This document shows positions 1 to 10,729 of a DNA stretch of 64,000 nt, piece after piece. Origin of the DNA: an uncultured virus (IMG/VR IMGVR_UViG_3300021256_004112) (taxonomy: Duplodnaviria > Heunggongvirae > Uroviricota > Caudoviricetes). Every line of letters starts with the position of its first letter. Positions within the stretch are counted from its first letter, which is position 1. The notes under the pieces are model-generated. The model made no database searches. It was not told the DNA's origin and worked only from the letters and a program-made list of their open reading frames with translations. The translations under genes and the position numbers were made by a program. Location of the stretch: IMG/VR virus record IMGVR_UViG_3300021256_004112. One strand, written 5' to 3'.

Positions 1-2769
1 CTGACGGATATAATTTCCATCAGCAGACAATGTACCAATACGGTCGCTCAATGCAGTATCTGCCGTAGTACGGGCAGTCTGTTCAGCCGTAATGCTTTCC
101 TGTAAAGCAGTATCCGCTATTTCACGGGCATTCTTTTCAGTATTTAATGCCGCATATACCGTACCACCTGTTACGATTCCAGTATTGCCATCCGTTACAG
201 TACCATCTGTAATAACATTCACTGCATAGGTATCTACACCATCAACATCTCTTTTACTAATCGTTGTATGCGTACCGTCAACAGCATTAATAGCAGACTT
301 CGCATCAGATTTAATCACACTATGACCAGCTTCGGTAACATTATCCAATGCTACATTTGCCTTGCCAGTTAAAGCAGTATCTGTGGTTGTCTTTTGTGCC
401 TGTAAAGCACTATAAACTGTTCCACCGTCTACAATACCAACATTCCCTTCTGCAACAGCACCATCAACAGTAACTCCTACAGTATAGGTATCAACTCCAC
501 TTACATCTGTCTTGTCTACGGTTACTTTTCCGCTACCTTTCATATTGATAGCTTCTTTCGCATTTGTTTTGATTACTGATTTGCCATCATTAGTAATGTT
601 ATCCAATGAAGTATTAGCTTTACCTTCCAATCCAGTATTAATTTGAGTAATCGCATCTGCGTTAATCTTCACCGCAGTATCCAATGCTGACAAGTTCCCT
701 GCAACCGTATTACTTGCTCTCACATAATTGGCATCAGCAGACACACGACCTTCGGTAAACAAAGTGCCACCACTAACAAGCCCAGTATTTCCATCAGCAA
801 CCGTTCCATTTCCGGCAACATTAATACCATTATTATCTACAGTTACATTTGTACCTGCTTTTGCTGTAAATTCCGTGCCAGTTAATTCCAAGCCATTTCC
901 AGCAGTATATTCTGTATTATTATCCTGTGTAGTAAATGTGCCAGTCGTTCCATCCCCTTTAGTAAAGGTTACTGTCGTTCCGCTTGACGTAATATTTTTA
1001 ATCGCAGTATTATCTGCTGTTTTTAAAGCGGAATCTAATGCACCTAAATTCTGCGCTGTGGTATTTGCCGTAGCAATATAATTACCATTAGTTGTCGGAC
1101 GCAATTCGCTATACGCTGTTCCACCACTGATTAACCCAGTATCCGCAGAAGCAACTGCACCATTACCAACAACATTGACACCATTGGTATCCACTGTTAC
1201 ATTCGTACCTGCTTTTACGGCAATGGATTCATTCTTAGACCCATTTGTATTCGTAGTCTCCGTTAACACAATACCGTTACCTTCAGAAACAGTACGAACC
1301 TGTCCCACAGTAGCAGCATCCGTAGCAGAAACACCATCAGCCACATTCACAACCTTACGTTTAGAAGTGGAATTACCAACAGACACAACATTGCTCTGAG
1401 AACCATCAGAACCCACACCGAGAATAACACTGTTAGAACCGGTCACAGCAAGCTTATTTGCGGCATCCGTACTACCACCCAGCACAACAGTATTAGAACC
1501 AGTCGTATTCACATTATTACCTAACACGAACACATTGCTTGTATTTTCCGCAACCGTAGAATTATTACCAACAACATACGAATTATCACCATTTACAATA
1601 TTCGGGTCACCAAATGTACCACTGTTATTGCCAAGTACACGATGCCCTAAACCAATAGCAATAGATTTTTCCCCTGTTACTTGAGAATCATAACCGATAG
1701 CAATAGAACTATCGGCATTATCTCCCGTTAAAGCATTGCCACCAATAGCGATAGAGTTTTGACTCGCTGCACGGGTATTAAAACCAAAAGCCATAGAATT
1801 CTGTCCAGACGCACGAGTAATAGAATCAGTAAAATCTTTATCAGTATTCGCAGTACCAGAACCTAACGCAATTGCATTGATACCAGTTGCTTCCGTTTTA
1901 TAACCCAATGCCATAGCATTATCTTCAGTGGCGGCGGACAAATATCCAATCGCTACCGCATTTGTGCCAACATTTTCCACACTGGTAGCAGTAGACCCAG
2001 CACCAGAACGAATTTTTCCAGAAGAATTCTGACCTGTATAAGCTTCACGCCCTAATGCAACCGCATTCTTACCATAAGATTTAGCTCCGTAACCGGAAGC
2101 ATAAGAACCTAACAAACCACTATAAGAATTAGCACCAATAGATACTACCCATGCCTTACCAGCTTCAGCTACAGCATTATCACCAATAGCAACAGAAAGG
2201 TTAGCCATAGCTTTAGAACCAGCACCAATAGCTACCGCACGAGATTTACCTGAATTATCATTTGCAAAAGCATCACTTGTCAACGCTTGTGCGCCCGCAC
2301 CAATAGCTACAGAACGATAACCATACGCAATTGCATTACTACCAATAGAAGTAGAATAAGAGCCAGTAGTCAACGCGTTATTACCAATAGCAACAGAATA
2401 ACCAACCGAATTACTCGATAATGCACCAACACGGGCACCAGAACCAATTCCAATAGAAGCATATGACGAAATAGGTTCCGGACCAGTACCTATCATAGAA
2501 GCACCGTACAATCCATATTTCTTTAACCATTCATAAACATCAGCACCAGTTACAGTATTATTATTAGAACTACTAATTTTACTCGCATCCCCCGCAGCCC
2601 ATACCGGCCCCGCAACACCACACCCAAGTACACAAGCCAACACGCCTGCAACTAAAGTACATCCAATTACAGAACTTCTCGGAGATTTTGTATGGCTCTT
2701 AGCGATTTCTGCAACCGCTACCCACATATTTTTCACTTTTGACCAAATGAGTTTATAAATCTTATTCAT
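1..2769 (-). CDS. ESPR-domain YadA-like trimeric autotransporter adhesin, N-terminal part (runs off left edge)
   Basis: ATG at 2769 gives MNKIYKLIWSKVKNMWVAVAEIAK (extended signal peptide), then repeated SVAIG/AIALG head motifs, a neck motif (RKVVNVADG) and stalk repeats. It is absent from the ORF track, most likely because it has no stop in the window. Confidence 0.88.
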   Translation of the reverse strand, partial: MNKIYKLIWSKVKNMWVAVAEIAKSHTKSPRSSVIGCTLVAGVLACVLGCGVAGPVWAAGDASKISSSNNNTVTGADVYEWLKKYGLYGASMIGTGPEPISSYASIGIGSGARVGALSSNSVGYSVAIGNNALTTGSYSTSIGSNAIAYGYRSVAIGAGAQALTSDAFANDNSGKSRAVAIGAGSKAMANLSVAIGDNAVAEAGKAWVVSIGANSYSGLLGSYASGYGAKSYGKNAVALGREAYTGQNSSGKIRSGAGSTATSVENVGTNAVAIGYLSAATEDNAMALGYKTEATGINAIALGSGTANTDKDFTDSITRASGQNSMAFGFNTRAASQNSIAIGGNALTGDNADSSIAIGYDSQVTGEKSIAIGLGHRVLGNNSGTFGDPNIVNGDNSYVVGNNSTVAENTSNVFVLGNNVNTTGSNTVVLGGSTDAANKLAVTGSNSVILGVGSDGSQSNVVSVGNSTSKRKVVNVADGVSATDAATVGQVRTVSEGNGIVLTETTNTNGSKNESIAVKAGTNVTVDTNGVNVVGNGAVASADTGLISGGTAYSELRPTTNGNYIATANTTAQNLGALDSALKTADNTAIKNITSSGTTVTFTKGDGTTGTFTTQDNNTEYTAGNGLELTGTEFTAKAGTNVTVDNNGINVAGNGTVADGNTGLVSGGTLFTEGRVSADANYVRASNTVAGNLSALDTAVKINADAITQINTGLEGKANTSLDNITNDGKSVIKTNAKEAINMKGSGKVTVDKTDVSGVDTYTVGVTVDGAVAEGNVGIVDGGTVYSALQAQKTTTDTALTGKANVALDNVTEAGHSVIKSDAKSAINAVDGTHTTISKRDVDGVDTYAVNVITDGTVTDGNTGIVTGGTVYAALNTEKNAREIADTALQESITAEQTARTTADTALSDRIGTLSADGNYIRQ

Positions 2770-3044
2770 ACGATAACCTCACTCTCCTAAAAAACATCAA
2801 TAAAAACCGAATAAAAAAATAATGAAAACTACTAAAAAAGTACCACAAACCATTGTTTTTCTAAAAATGAAAATAGACGGAAAAAGAATTCCGTCTTACC
2901 AATAACAAACAGCTCAAAAACCTATATAGTACGAAAAACAAATTTTTAAAAACCATAATTCAACAAATCCTTTACAACAATCTTTTATCCCATAAACTCA
3001 AAAAAAACAAAAAAGAGGTCTAAAAAGAAAAGAAAGCAACTGGA

Positions 3045-3749
3045 TTAAGCCGTTGCCCGGGTAAACCAAAACGTCTTATCCGTTACCAAGCCGTAACAAA
3101 AGGATAATTCCTGCAATAATCTTTGCTGTAAAACGATATTAACAGGACATTCAAAAAGATAGCTGCTATACACCACGCCTTTTACACCTTCCAACTGCTT
3201 ACCTTTCCTGTCGCACAACAACTTCCAATGGACACCTTTATTGCGGGGCATGGAACGGAAACTTAACCCGATGCGATATAAAAATTCAGGTGAATACCCA
3301 TGACGGGAAAAATAATCCAGCAATTTTTTCCGCTTAACAAAGAGGACGAAAGCGCCGGTAATATCTTCCTGGTACATCCGCTTAAAATAGTCCGTTTTCC
3401 GTTCATCTTTTCGGACGGGGAATTTCACCTCATTCAGCCGCCCCCAAATAAAAGCATAGATATCCGTTTGTTTTTCATCATCCACGAACCAGCCTTTATT
3501 GCCTTTAGGAGTGACCAGTTCCAAAACAAAATTATCTTTTGCCGTATTCATATAATGGGCGGCCAGCTTTTCATCTATGGCATACTGTTTCCCGTTATTT
3601 TCAACAAAAACATCCACTCCTGCATATTGCAGGTCACGGGTAAAGACAGGCTGAAACGAATCCACCCCAAGACGGGGATATAAATACTGTTGTAAATAAT
3701 TGGCAAAATACTTTTCAACGCTTACATCATATTTCCGCAATCCACGCAT
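3045..3749 (-). CDS. Putative PD-(D/E)xK nuclease-fold protein
   Basis: 234 aa ORF with GVD...YAIDEK spacing typical of restriction-endonuclease-like folds. Confidence 0.45.
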   Translation of the reverse strand: MRGLRKYDVSVEKYFANYLQQYLYPRLGVDSFQPVFTRDLQYAGVDVFVENNGKQYAIDEKLAAHYMNTAKDNFVLELVTPKGNKGWFVDDEKQTDIYAFIWGRLNEVKFPVRKDERKTDYFKRMYQEDITGAFVLFVKRKKLLDYFSRHGYSPEFLYRIGLSFRSMPRNKGVHWKLLCDRKGKQLEGVKGVVYSSYLFECPVNIVLQQRLLQELSFCYGLVTDKTFWFTRATA

Positions 3750-3808
3750 TTATACAAAAATCCTTTTCATTTTCAAAAAATAATAGGACAAAAAATAATC
3801 AACGAAAA

Positions 3809-4693
3809 TCAACCAACCGCCTGTTTCCTGACCACGTTTTCCAAACGATACTGTCCAAGCTGAATCAAGGGATAACACCCTTCCTCTTTCGGTCGGACAT
3901 CTTTTGTTCCGAGTGAAAACGGGATACAGGTCTTCACATAAGAAATCCCCTGTTGCGTTCCTGCGATTGCCTGATACGGGGATGGCTTCCGTAGCCCAAT
4001 ATAACGACGGCAGAACGAATCTGCCAATGCCAGATACAAATCCGACACCCGTTGAGACAAAACGATATGGCAGGAATCATACATAAAAGCACAGACATTC
4101 ACATCATCAAAAACGATACAAAGACTGCAGGCTAATTCGTTCTCACCCACCACAATCTTAGTAAAATGGAGAGAATGAACGGTAAACGCATCCATCTTTG
4201 CGATACCTGTCAAATGTACAGGCAAGCCTGATATGGTATGACCTTCCGCATAAATTTCGAGATGGTACACATACGGATTAATGGAAATCTCTTCCGCCCA
4301 ACCGGCCGTCCCTATCTTATCCAACACAATTTCTTCCCGCAGGACGGCTTTTTCACCAAACACAGCAGAAAGCTTATCAAATAATTTATTTTCAAAAATC
4401 CACTGTACATCCAAAACCCGCTCATCCAAATACTGACGGTATTCCATCAAATGCAACTCATTCGGATGCCGTTCTTCCTGCGCAACCATAAACCGCACAG
4501 TTTCCGTCAATAAATCATGAGGTCCATCCAGTAACAATGTAGTGATATATCCGGTACTTTCCGGCAACCCCAAATTTTGTACCGTATTACTTTTCTTTTC
4601 ACCGTTCACTGCATTTACCATATTTCTCTTTTCTTCTTTTTTCGCCATATCTTTTTTAAAAAAAGCAGTTGGGCAGAAGCCAAACAATTTCAT
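3809..4693 (-). CDS. Hypothetical protein
   Basis: 294 aa ORF, purine-rich sequence upstream, no recognisable motif. Confidence 0.65.
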   Translation of the reverse strand: MKLFGFCPTAFFKKDMAKKEEKRNMVNAVNGEKKSNTVQNLGLPESTGYITTLLLDGPHDLLTETVRFMVAQEERHPNELHLMEYRQYLDERVLDVQWIFENKLFDKLSAVFGEKAVLREEIVLDKIGTAGWAEEISINPYVYHLEIYAEGHTISGLPVHLTGIAKMDAFTVHSLHFTKIVVGENELACSLCIVFDDVNVCAFMYDSCHIVLSQRVSDLYLALADSFCRRYIGLRKPSPYQAIAGTQQGISYVKTCIPFSLGTKDVRPKEEGCYPLIQLGQYRLENVVRKQAVG

Positions 4694-4700
4694 TCCTTTT

Positions 4701-4725
4701 CATCCATTCCTTTCTTTATTGACCC
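4701..4725 (+). repeat. Dispersed polarised motif copy (CCTTTCTTTATTGACCC core at 4709)
   Basis: Exact 17-mer also at 23533, 32738, 40887 and 47547; variants at 13283, 53750 and 55705; one reversed copy at 5468. Confidence 0.85.
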
Positions 4726-4839
4726 TCTTTTCCTGTACCGTTTCATTAATATCCATCCGCCTTCCACAACAGGAACAGCCAAAAGAAAGAAAAGTATTTT
4801 CTTCATCCGTTTCTTCCACATAGACAATCCATTCCTTTC

Positions 4840-5379
4840 TTAAATCAAATGCTGGTACAGTATAGCCGTAACGCTTGCTTTTGGTATTCCCAAATGGGAT
4901 GCGACCTTCCCAAGTTTCGCCGTCGGATTATCCTGTATAAACTGAAGCACGACCCGTTCCGTATCCGACAGGAACAACGGCAATACTAAAAACCGTTTTT
5001 GCTCTTTTATTAATTTAACAATTGTTTGGGACGAAACACCGATATCCTTGGCACATCCGCGGACGCCCTTTTCCGGATATTTTTTCAGATACCTTAAAAT
5101 TTCTGCCTTACGGTCTTTGTGTTGTTTCCGTCGCTCTTTACGAATCGGAGCAAAATCCACATCAGAAAGAGTGAATAAAGAAGTATGCCCTGATTTCGGC
5201 AGACATTGCATATACCGCAACGATTCATTTGTATCTATCCCGCGGATGATACAAAGCGCAAGGGCAAAATAGCCAACATCCATTGGCGAAAAAGGATTAA
5301 CATACGGTCTTTGGGTTATTTTTCCAACTACAGGACGCAATAAAGATTCCCCCTTTACAGAAACAATGTTATTCCGCAC
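4840..5379 (-). CDS. Winged-HTH DNA-binding protein (two HTH-like segments)
   Basis: GVRGCAKDIGVSSQTIVKL and AKLGKVASHLGIPKASVTAIL are HTH-like; a TTGACA..TATAAT promoter lies upstream. Confidence 0.55.
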   Translation of the reverse strand: MRNNIVSVKGESLLRPVVGKITQRPYVNPFSPMDVGYFALALCIIRGIDTNESLRYMQCLPKSGHTSLFTLSDVDFAPIRKERRKQHKDRKAEILRYLKKYPEKGVRGCAKDIGVSSQTIVKLIKEQKRFLVLPLFLSDTERVVLQFIQDNPTAKLGKVASHLGIPKASVTAILYQHLI

Positions 5380-5577
5380 AACACGTAAAACAAAATTTAT
5401 CTAATTATAATTATATGTAATACGAAATTTAATGTCAATACCAAAAAGAAAAAGAAAAGCAAAAAAAGGGTCAATAAAGAAAGAGATATAGGGAAAAACG
5501 GGAATTCCCATATCATTCCATCACAAGTATAAGAAAAAACCGCTACCAAAAATTGATAGCGGCATATTATTTTATCT

Positions 5578-6207
5578 TTATACAGGATATCTGCGTTCCA
5601 TAGTACGCTCCATCCCTTCCCGTTCCCTTTCTTTTTCCTTTTCTTTTTGGCGGATACGGCGCAGGCGATGTTTTCGGTCAGCGGAAAGCTCCTTTTTTTC
5701 TTCCTGCGACAAATCATGCCTTGTATCCATTTCGCCTACGGTCTTACCCAAAGCCAATTCAGCGGTTTCCTGCACCTGTTTCATGGTTTCGGGATTCCGT
5801 TCCGCAATCTTTTCCAAGGACTCGAGAAGTTCTTTTGCTTCGGGCATCCCATTTGCTACGCCGGCCGTCAGCATAGCCCGGGCCGCCAATGCTTTTTCAT
5901 TAGAAGACATATTATGGAATTTTTCACGGGCTTTATCTTTTCGTTCATCAAATTCTTTTTGTTTTTGCTCTACGGCTTTTTCTTCCAACTTAATGGTTTC
6001 TGAAGCCTGTTCCAGTTTCTTCATAAGCTTTTCTTTTTCATCGGGCGTTGCCTCACCCATATCTTTCAGGATTTTATTATATTCGGCAACACTGGAACGA
6101 AGATTACCGACTTCCCAATCCAATTCTGCTTTTTCATCTCTTGCCTGCCATGTAGCATAAGCTTCCTGGCAATTCTCCTCAATCTTACTATCAATTAACA
6201 TCCCCAT
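5578..6207 (-). CDS. Coiled-coil hypothetical protein
   Basis: 209 aa, E/K-rich, AGGAG RBS; C-terminus EREGMERTMERR. Confidence 0.7.
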   Translation of the reverse strand: MGMLIDSKIEENCQEAYATWQARDEKAELDWEVGNLRSSVAEYNKILKDMGEATPDEKEKLMKKLEQASETIKLEEKAVEQKQKEFDERKDKAREKFHNMSSNEKALAARAMLTAGVANGMPEAKELLESLEKIAERNPETMKQVQETAELALGKTVGEMDTRHDLSQEEKKELSADRKHRLRRIRQKEKEKEREREGMERTMERRYPV

Positions 6208-6298
6208 AATCCATATCTCCTTTAAAAATAAAATTATTTTGGGTTACCAAACCAAAGGCTTTCATTATTAAAAAGCTCTTTATAATTCATAATTAAAA

Positions 6299-8191
6299 TT
6301 AATTTCTATCATTGGTATTAGCATCACGTTCTGATGTCTTCCCCAATTTAATACCCAGCCGTTTAGCTGATGTAATAACCGTGTTCATATTCTTTGCATT
6401 ACGGAAATCAACCCCGCTGGATTCCATCCCGATGACAATTGCTTTCTCAAAATTCGTATTGGTAAGCTTCGTATCCTTATCCATGATGACGCCAATAAGA
6501 TTGGCATGAGAAAGGTTAGTATCGGAAAGATTAGCGCCACGCAGGTCAGACCCTTCCAAAACGGCATAAGATAAATCCATAGAAGATAAATCCATCCCCT
6601 GCAAATTACAATTACGCATCACTAATGGGCGTTCCGCATTTTCTTTCTGTTCCGTCATAACTTTTTCTACCTTCTTTTCTTCTTCCCAGCGGGGAACAAA
6701 GAACTGTTCCGACAAACCGTGGGAAGCAATTGTAATCATATTCCCATCTCTTTTATCCATAGGTAGGGTTATATACCCCTGCAATCCTTCTGCTCGGATA
6801 TCCCTTGCCAAATCCCGTTCTACTTCCTGCCAAGGCTTATCCAACGCTTTAGAAATTTCATCAATATTGATATGCTCTACGCCTTTTTCGTCGCTCATAG
6901 CCCGTTTAAGGCAATACAAACCTGCTTCACTTAACACAAGGGCGTTGTTTTTATTTTTAAAGATATCATTCGAATCCTTGTCCAATGAAATCGCCAACGC
7001 CAAACGGGCGGGAAGCTGCTCTGACGAAAAATCAAAAGTGCCAAGCGTAGCGGCCGGCAGATATATGGAATCTGCTTTATTTAATTTCTCCCTGCCCACA
7101 AACACATTTGCCTGACGGGTTTCATCACAGACAGTGACCTGGAAACCGTCTGAAACTTCCTTACACGATTCCACGGAGAATGGCAGGCTGGATGAAATTT
7201 TGCGTATTTCTTCTTTTTCGATACGCAGGGAAAAATCACTATCCGCTTTAATATAATCATCCTGCAGTTGTTTCAACGATTTCGACCATAATGCCTGTCC
7301 TTTAGAAGTTGTCGGGTATTTTGCCATATGTTCTTCGCTATATAAAGAAGGAATCACACAAGGCGAAATAGACATCCGCGGGTCAGCAAACAAAGTTTGG
7401 AACATAACAGGTTTCCCGTTAACATTTTTAAACGCGACATCATCAAAATCATATTTTGGAAGGTACGGATTGGAAATATTCATAACATCGTTCATCTTGT
7501 TATGTACAACCCGTAAGGCGATTAAAGCGTCTAACGGGGATTTTTTAGTGTTCAGAGAAATCGGGGTTTCTCCCTTTTCCAAAAAAGTTTGCTGGTACGC
7601 ATTATCCAATGAAACAAAAGAAGGATTTATCTTCCATTCTTCCCCTTTACGATATGCTTCCAAGCAGGAAACAGGTCCTTTTACATCCACAACACGGACA
7701 ATAGAGTTTCCATTATCTTCCATGTCAAACTGATAGCCGGTCTTGGAAAGCATCTCATGGACAAACTTGGCATCATACATCACGATATTAACAGGTTCAT
7801 CAGGAAATGCGTCCCGTAACGCTTCAAAGAAGTTAGGGATATCTTCTTTCAGTTGTGTATTAGATGGGCATTTTGCTACCATAGCAGAAGTAATGCCATT
7901 ATGTTCCGCTACTTTATCCCAATCCCGTTTAAATTCAGGATGATACAAACTGCCTGCTACAAGAGAGATAGATTCTTTGTCGTCTTGAACATAAGAAGCA
8001 CCAAATCCTTTTAAACGGATAACAGGAAAAGCGCCAGCAATTTTGGTCAACTTATCTTCAATATCTGCGCTATCCTTCTCTTTACTGGGCAAATCTGTAA
8101 CAACCGCATGCCAACGGATAACTTCATGCCCCGTATCACCAATTTGTTCATTATCAATTCCTGTTGTATCTACTTTAAAATAAACATTCAT
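6299..8191 (-). CDS. Degenerate DEDD-exonuclease-like N-terminus fused to C-terminal pentapeptide repeats
   Basis: N-terminal FKVDTTG...HNGITSAMV resembles ExoI but lacks the Glu; C-terminal NLQGMDLSSMDLSYAVLEGSDLRGANLSDTNLSHANL repeats. Start placed after an AGGAGG RBS. Confidence 0.65.
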   Translation of the reverse strand: MNVYFKVDTTGIDNEQIGDTGHEVIRWHAVVTDLPSKEKDSADIEDKLTKIAGAFPVIRLKGFGASYVQDDKESISLVAGSLYHPEFKRDWDKVAEHNGITSAMVAKCPSNTQLKEDIPNFFEALRDAFPDEPVNIVMYDAKFVHEMLSKTGYQFDMEDNGNSIVRVVDVKGPVSCLEAYRKGEEWKINPSFVSLDNAYQQTFLEKGETPISLNTKKSPLDALIALRVVHNKMNDVMNISNPYLPKYDFDDVAFKNVNGKPVMFQTLFADPRMSISPCVIPSLYSEEHMAKYPTTSKGQALWSKSLKQLQDDYIKADSDFSLRIEKEEIRKISSSLPFSVESCKEVSDGFQVTVCDETRQANVFVGREKLNKADSIYLPAATLGTFDFSSEQLPARLALAISLDKDSNDIFKNKNNALVLSEAGLYCLKRAMSDEKGVEHINIDEISKALDKPWQEVERDLARDIRAEGLQGYITLPMDKRDGNMITIASHGLSEQFFVPRWEEEKKVEKVMTEQKENAERPLVMRNCNLQGMDLSSMDLSYAVLEGSDLRGANLSDTNLSHANLIGVIMDKDTKLTNTNFEKAIVIGMESSGVDFRNAKNMNTVITSAKRLGIKLGKTSERDANTNDRN

Positions 8192-8364
8192 ATAAAATTC
8201 CTCCTGTTCTCTTATCTTTGGCTGCATTATAACAATGAATTCCTAAACACTCCCTTACCGAACGCCAATTGATAGTCTCTCAGCTTTTTACTTTATTGTG
8301 TTTTTCTATTTATCTATACGCTTATATAACATCGTTAACTTATTATGTCGGCAATTTGTTGTTA

Positions 8365-9200
8365 TGACCTGACCTCAACCGTTGTGGTTATCTTTATTTC
8401 TCGGTATTCAATTATCCAACCGATTCATCGTAACAACTTCCGGACGCAAACGATTGACACCACATGCAGATTCTCCCCCCAGGCCTGAACTCGAAAGAGG
8501 AGCGGTTGAGGCACAGGTCACCCTGACGCAGTGGATATTGTCTGACTATTCAGAATTAAACACAATATTCATTGCTTCAGGATATGACCTGTCTGATACC
8601 TCAACCGCTCCAACATAGTTTGTATTGTTTGTCGTGGTAAGTAAGATTCACCTTACAGACCCTCACTGTCAGTCGTCGCGTATATCAACACACCTCTTCG
8701 GTCACACAAGCTGTAACATCATTTACCAATAACAGTACCGTCCGTTACGTCCGTTACAGCCCCCTGGGTTTCCCCACCGGCACTCCGCATTCAAGCCGTT
8801 TCCATGGCCGCTCTCGCCGTCCTTACACACAGCCCCGGAAGAGGAAGAGGGCTTGTCCATGGCTATTTGCCTGTCAAGTGTGTAGCGGTTGTTTTCTTCC
8901 TGCACCGCGAAGCAGCAGTCGTTGTTATTCGCCCTCTTTTGCTTAGGATAAATAAGGTAGTATAAAGTTAAATTTCTCATGTACGGTAAGATTTAAATTG
9001 GTATTCAGATTAATTATGTACATGAGGGTAGCAGGAAAGAGGACGGGTATGGGAGTTTTACTGCCTCTCCCCTTTCGGATACAGCCACAGGGATTCCGAA
9101 GATTAAACGATTGCCCTGGGAAAAGAGTTATCGCATAATACGGATGGGTCTGTACCGAAAGTCCTGTCCGTCAGGTCTACGCCATAAAGGATATGAAATA
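8365..9200. ncRNA. Candidate large structured non-coding element (ncRNA or origin)
   Basis: ~1 kb intergenic gap, GC-richer than its flanks, with many inverted repeats: a 113-nt hairpin at 8499-8611 and GAAA-capped stems on the minus strand at 8760-8810. Confidence 0.4.
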
Positions 9201-9237
9201 TACAGGCGTTAGAACGCCATAAAAACAAAACGAAAAA

Positions 9238-10005
9238 TCAAATGACAAAGTAGATAGCGACAGCGGTTACGGCAAGGATACCAATAACGCCGACCATCTT
9301 TTTCCGCTGTTCTTTTTTTGCATAACGGATATTATCTTCTTCACTTTTGATGTCATCTGTAATTGAATTTTCAATATCCAAAAATCCTTCGGAAGCGTTA
9401 TAGATTTTCCCCGTCTTACGATACTGACGTTTCATCCCCGTATTATCCGAGGCAATCAATTCTAAGTACTTTTCCTTACGTTCCTTGGGGGAAGTAATCT
9501 TATCTACAATAGTGCGGATTTCTTCCGCAACTTCCTGTCCCTCAGTAAGAACGATTTCTTCCCGTTCCCCACCCATATGGCGTGGCAGGAATTCCAACTG
9601 CTGAAAAGCTTCCAAAGATTCGTAGACCGCTTTCAGTGTTTCTTCACATCCCAACTCTTTTGCTACATAAGATAAAGAAACTGCTTTCTTATCACTGAAG
9701 ATTTCCACAAACTTATCAGCCAGTAATGCGACCTGTGTATGGAACACTTTCCCATCTTGCTGATACAGGCTGTTTAAGCGTTCAAAATCCGTATTGTTAA
9801 ACATAACTAACGGATAAGCGCCTAAGAACGGTAACAGTTTTCTTGCACAGGCGGCGATGCCGTCTTTCTTTACATCCATCTCAATACGGTTCGTTTCCGT
9901 TCCGTCTTTGAAAGATATACAGGTAACCGTGGCAAGCTCTGTTTCCAGCCCTGTGGTTTCTACAGTGACGAAAGCAGTTTTAATTCCATTTGAGGAAAGA
10001 AACAT
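9238..10005 (-). CDS. Degenerate DEDD-exonuclease-like protein with C-terminal membrane anchor
   Basis: FVTVETTGL (first Asp missing), LVMFNNTDF; hydrophobic C-tail MVGVIGILAVTAVAIYFVI. Start uncertain (ORF extends to 10056). Confidence 0.55.
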   Translation of the reverse strand: MFLSSNGIKTAFVTVETTGLETELATVTCISFKDGTETNRIEMDVKKDGIAACARKLLPFLGAYPLVMFNNTDFERLNSLYQQDGKVFHTQVALLADKFVEIFSDKKAVSLSYVAKELGCEETLKAVYESLEAFQQLEFLPRHMGGEREEIVLTEGQEVAEEIRTIVDKITSPKERKEKYLELIASDNTGMKRQYRKTGKIYNASEGFLDIENSITDDIKSEEDNIRYAKKEQRKKMVGVIGILAVTAVAIYFVI

Positions 10006-10208
10006 GTTTTCACCCATATTTTTAAAACTCCTTAACGTAAATTTTGTTTTACACACCGTAAACTTGCTCTAACATGTAAAATACAATTTTTTATGCTCCC
10101 ATTATAAGTAAAAGAAAATCATTTGTCAATACCTAAAAACGTAAAAGAAAATTTGCAAAGAAAAATAAAAAACCGCCAATACAAATTGGCGGTAAAAATC
10201 TACTTGGA

Positions 10209-10598
10209 TTAAGCAATGGGCTTTTTCAGTCGTTCAGCAGTTTCAATCAGTTCTTTGGCAAAATTACATTTACGATTGGAAATAACTCTCAGCAGTTTTT
10301 CTTTCAGCTTATCCAGCGCCCATTCCTTACCAAACGCTGCGTCAAACACATCATCTGCATGGCAACGGGCGACAGCAACATAAATCGGTTTCATCGTAAT
10401 TTTTTCCCACAGTCGGCTGTTATCTTCAATTTGGATAATCGCAAGAGAATGAAACGCTTGCGGAATAGCTTTCAAGGCGAGGTCTTCACACCCAATTGCT
10501 TTCGCCACAACCATTTTCCGTTCCGAATACAGTTCCACTTCTACGGGAACGCTGATGCCAGATGATACATGCAACACCATGTTTTTATTTTGCTTCAT
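10209..10598 (-). CDS. Phage-type hypothetical protein
   Basis: MKQNK start after GAGGAG; VARCHADDVFDAAFGKEWAL motif. The longer ORF call overlaps tRNA-Ser. Confidence 0.6.
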   Translation of the reverse strand: MKQNKNMVLHVSSGISVPVEVELYSERKMVVAKAIGCEDLALKAIPQAFHSLAIIQIEDNSRLWEKITMKPIYVAVARCHADDVFDAAFGKEWALDKLKEKLLRVISNRKCNFAKELIETAERLKKPIA

Positions 10599-10634
10599 AT
10601 TGACTTCTCCTCTCAAAACTAAAATTTTCAATTT

Positions 10635-10726
10635 TGGCGGAGCGAGAGGGATTTGAACCCCCGCGCGACATCTCTGCCGCCTCACGGTTTTCAAAACCGT
10701 TCCCTTCACCGCTTGGGTATCGCTCC
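10635..10726 (-). tRNA. tRNA-Ser(TGA)
   Basis: Cloverleaf, long variable arm, loop TT-TGA-AA, encoded CCA. Confidence 0.95.
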
Positions 10727-10729
10727 ATA

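Noticed and set aside
720..1100. NGNYI/DANYV motifs in the first adhesin as extra inversion sites
   Set aside because: Only weak nucleotide similarity to the 21-mer; consistent with ordinary protein repeats.
8365..9200. Retron msr-msd, RNase P RNA or cobalamin riboswitch
   Set aside because: No reverse transcriptase in the window; the RNase P P4 signature (GAGGAAAGUCC..ACAGAA) and the B12 box were not found.
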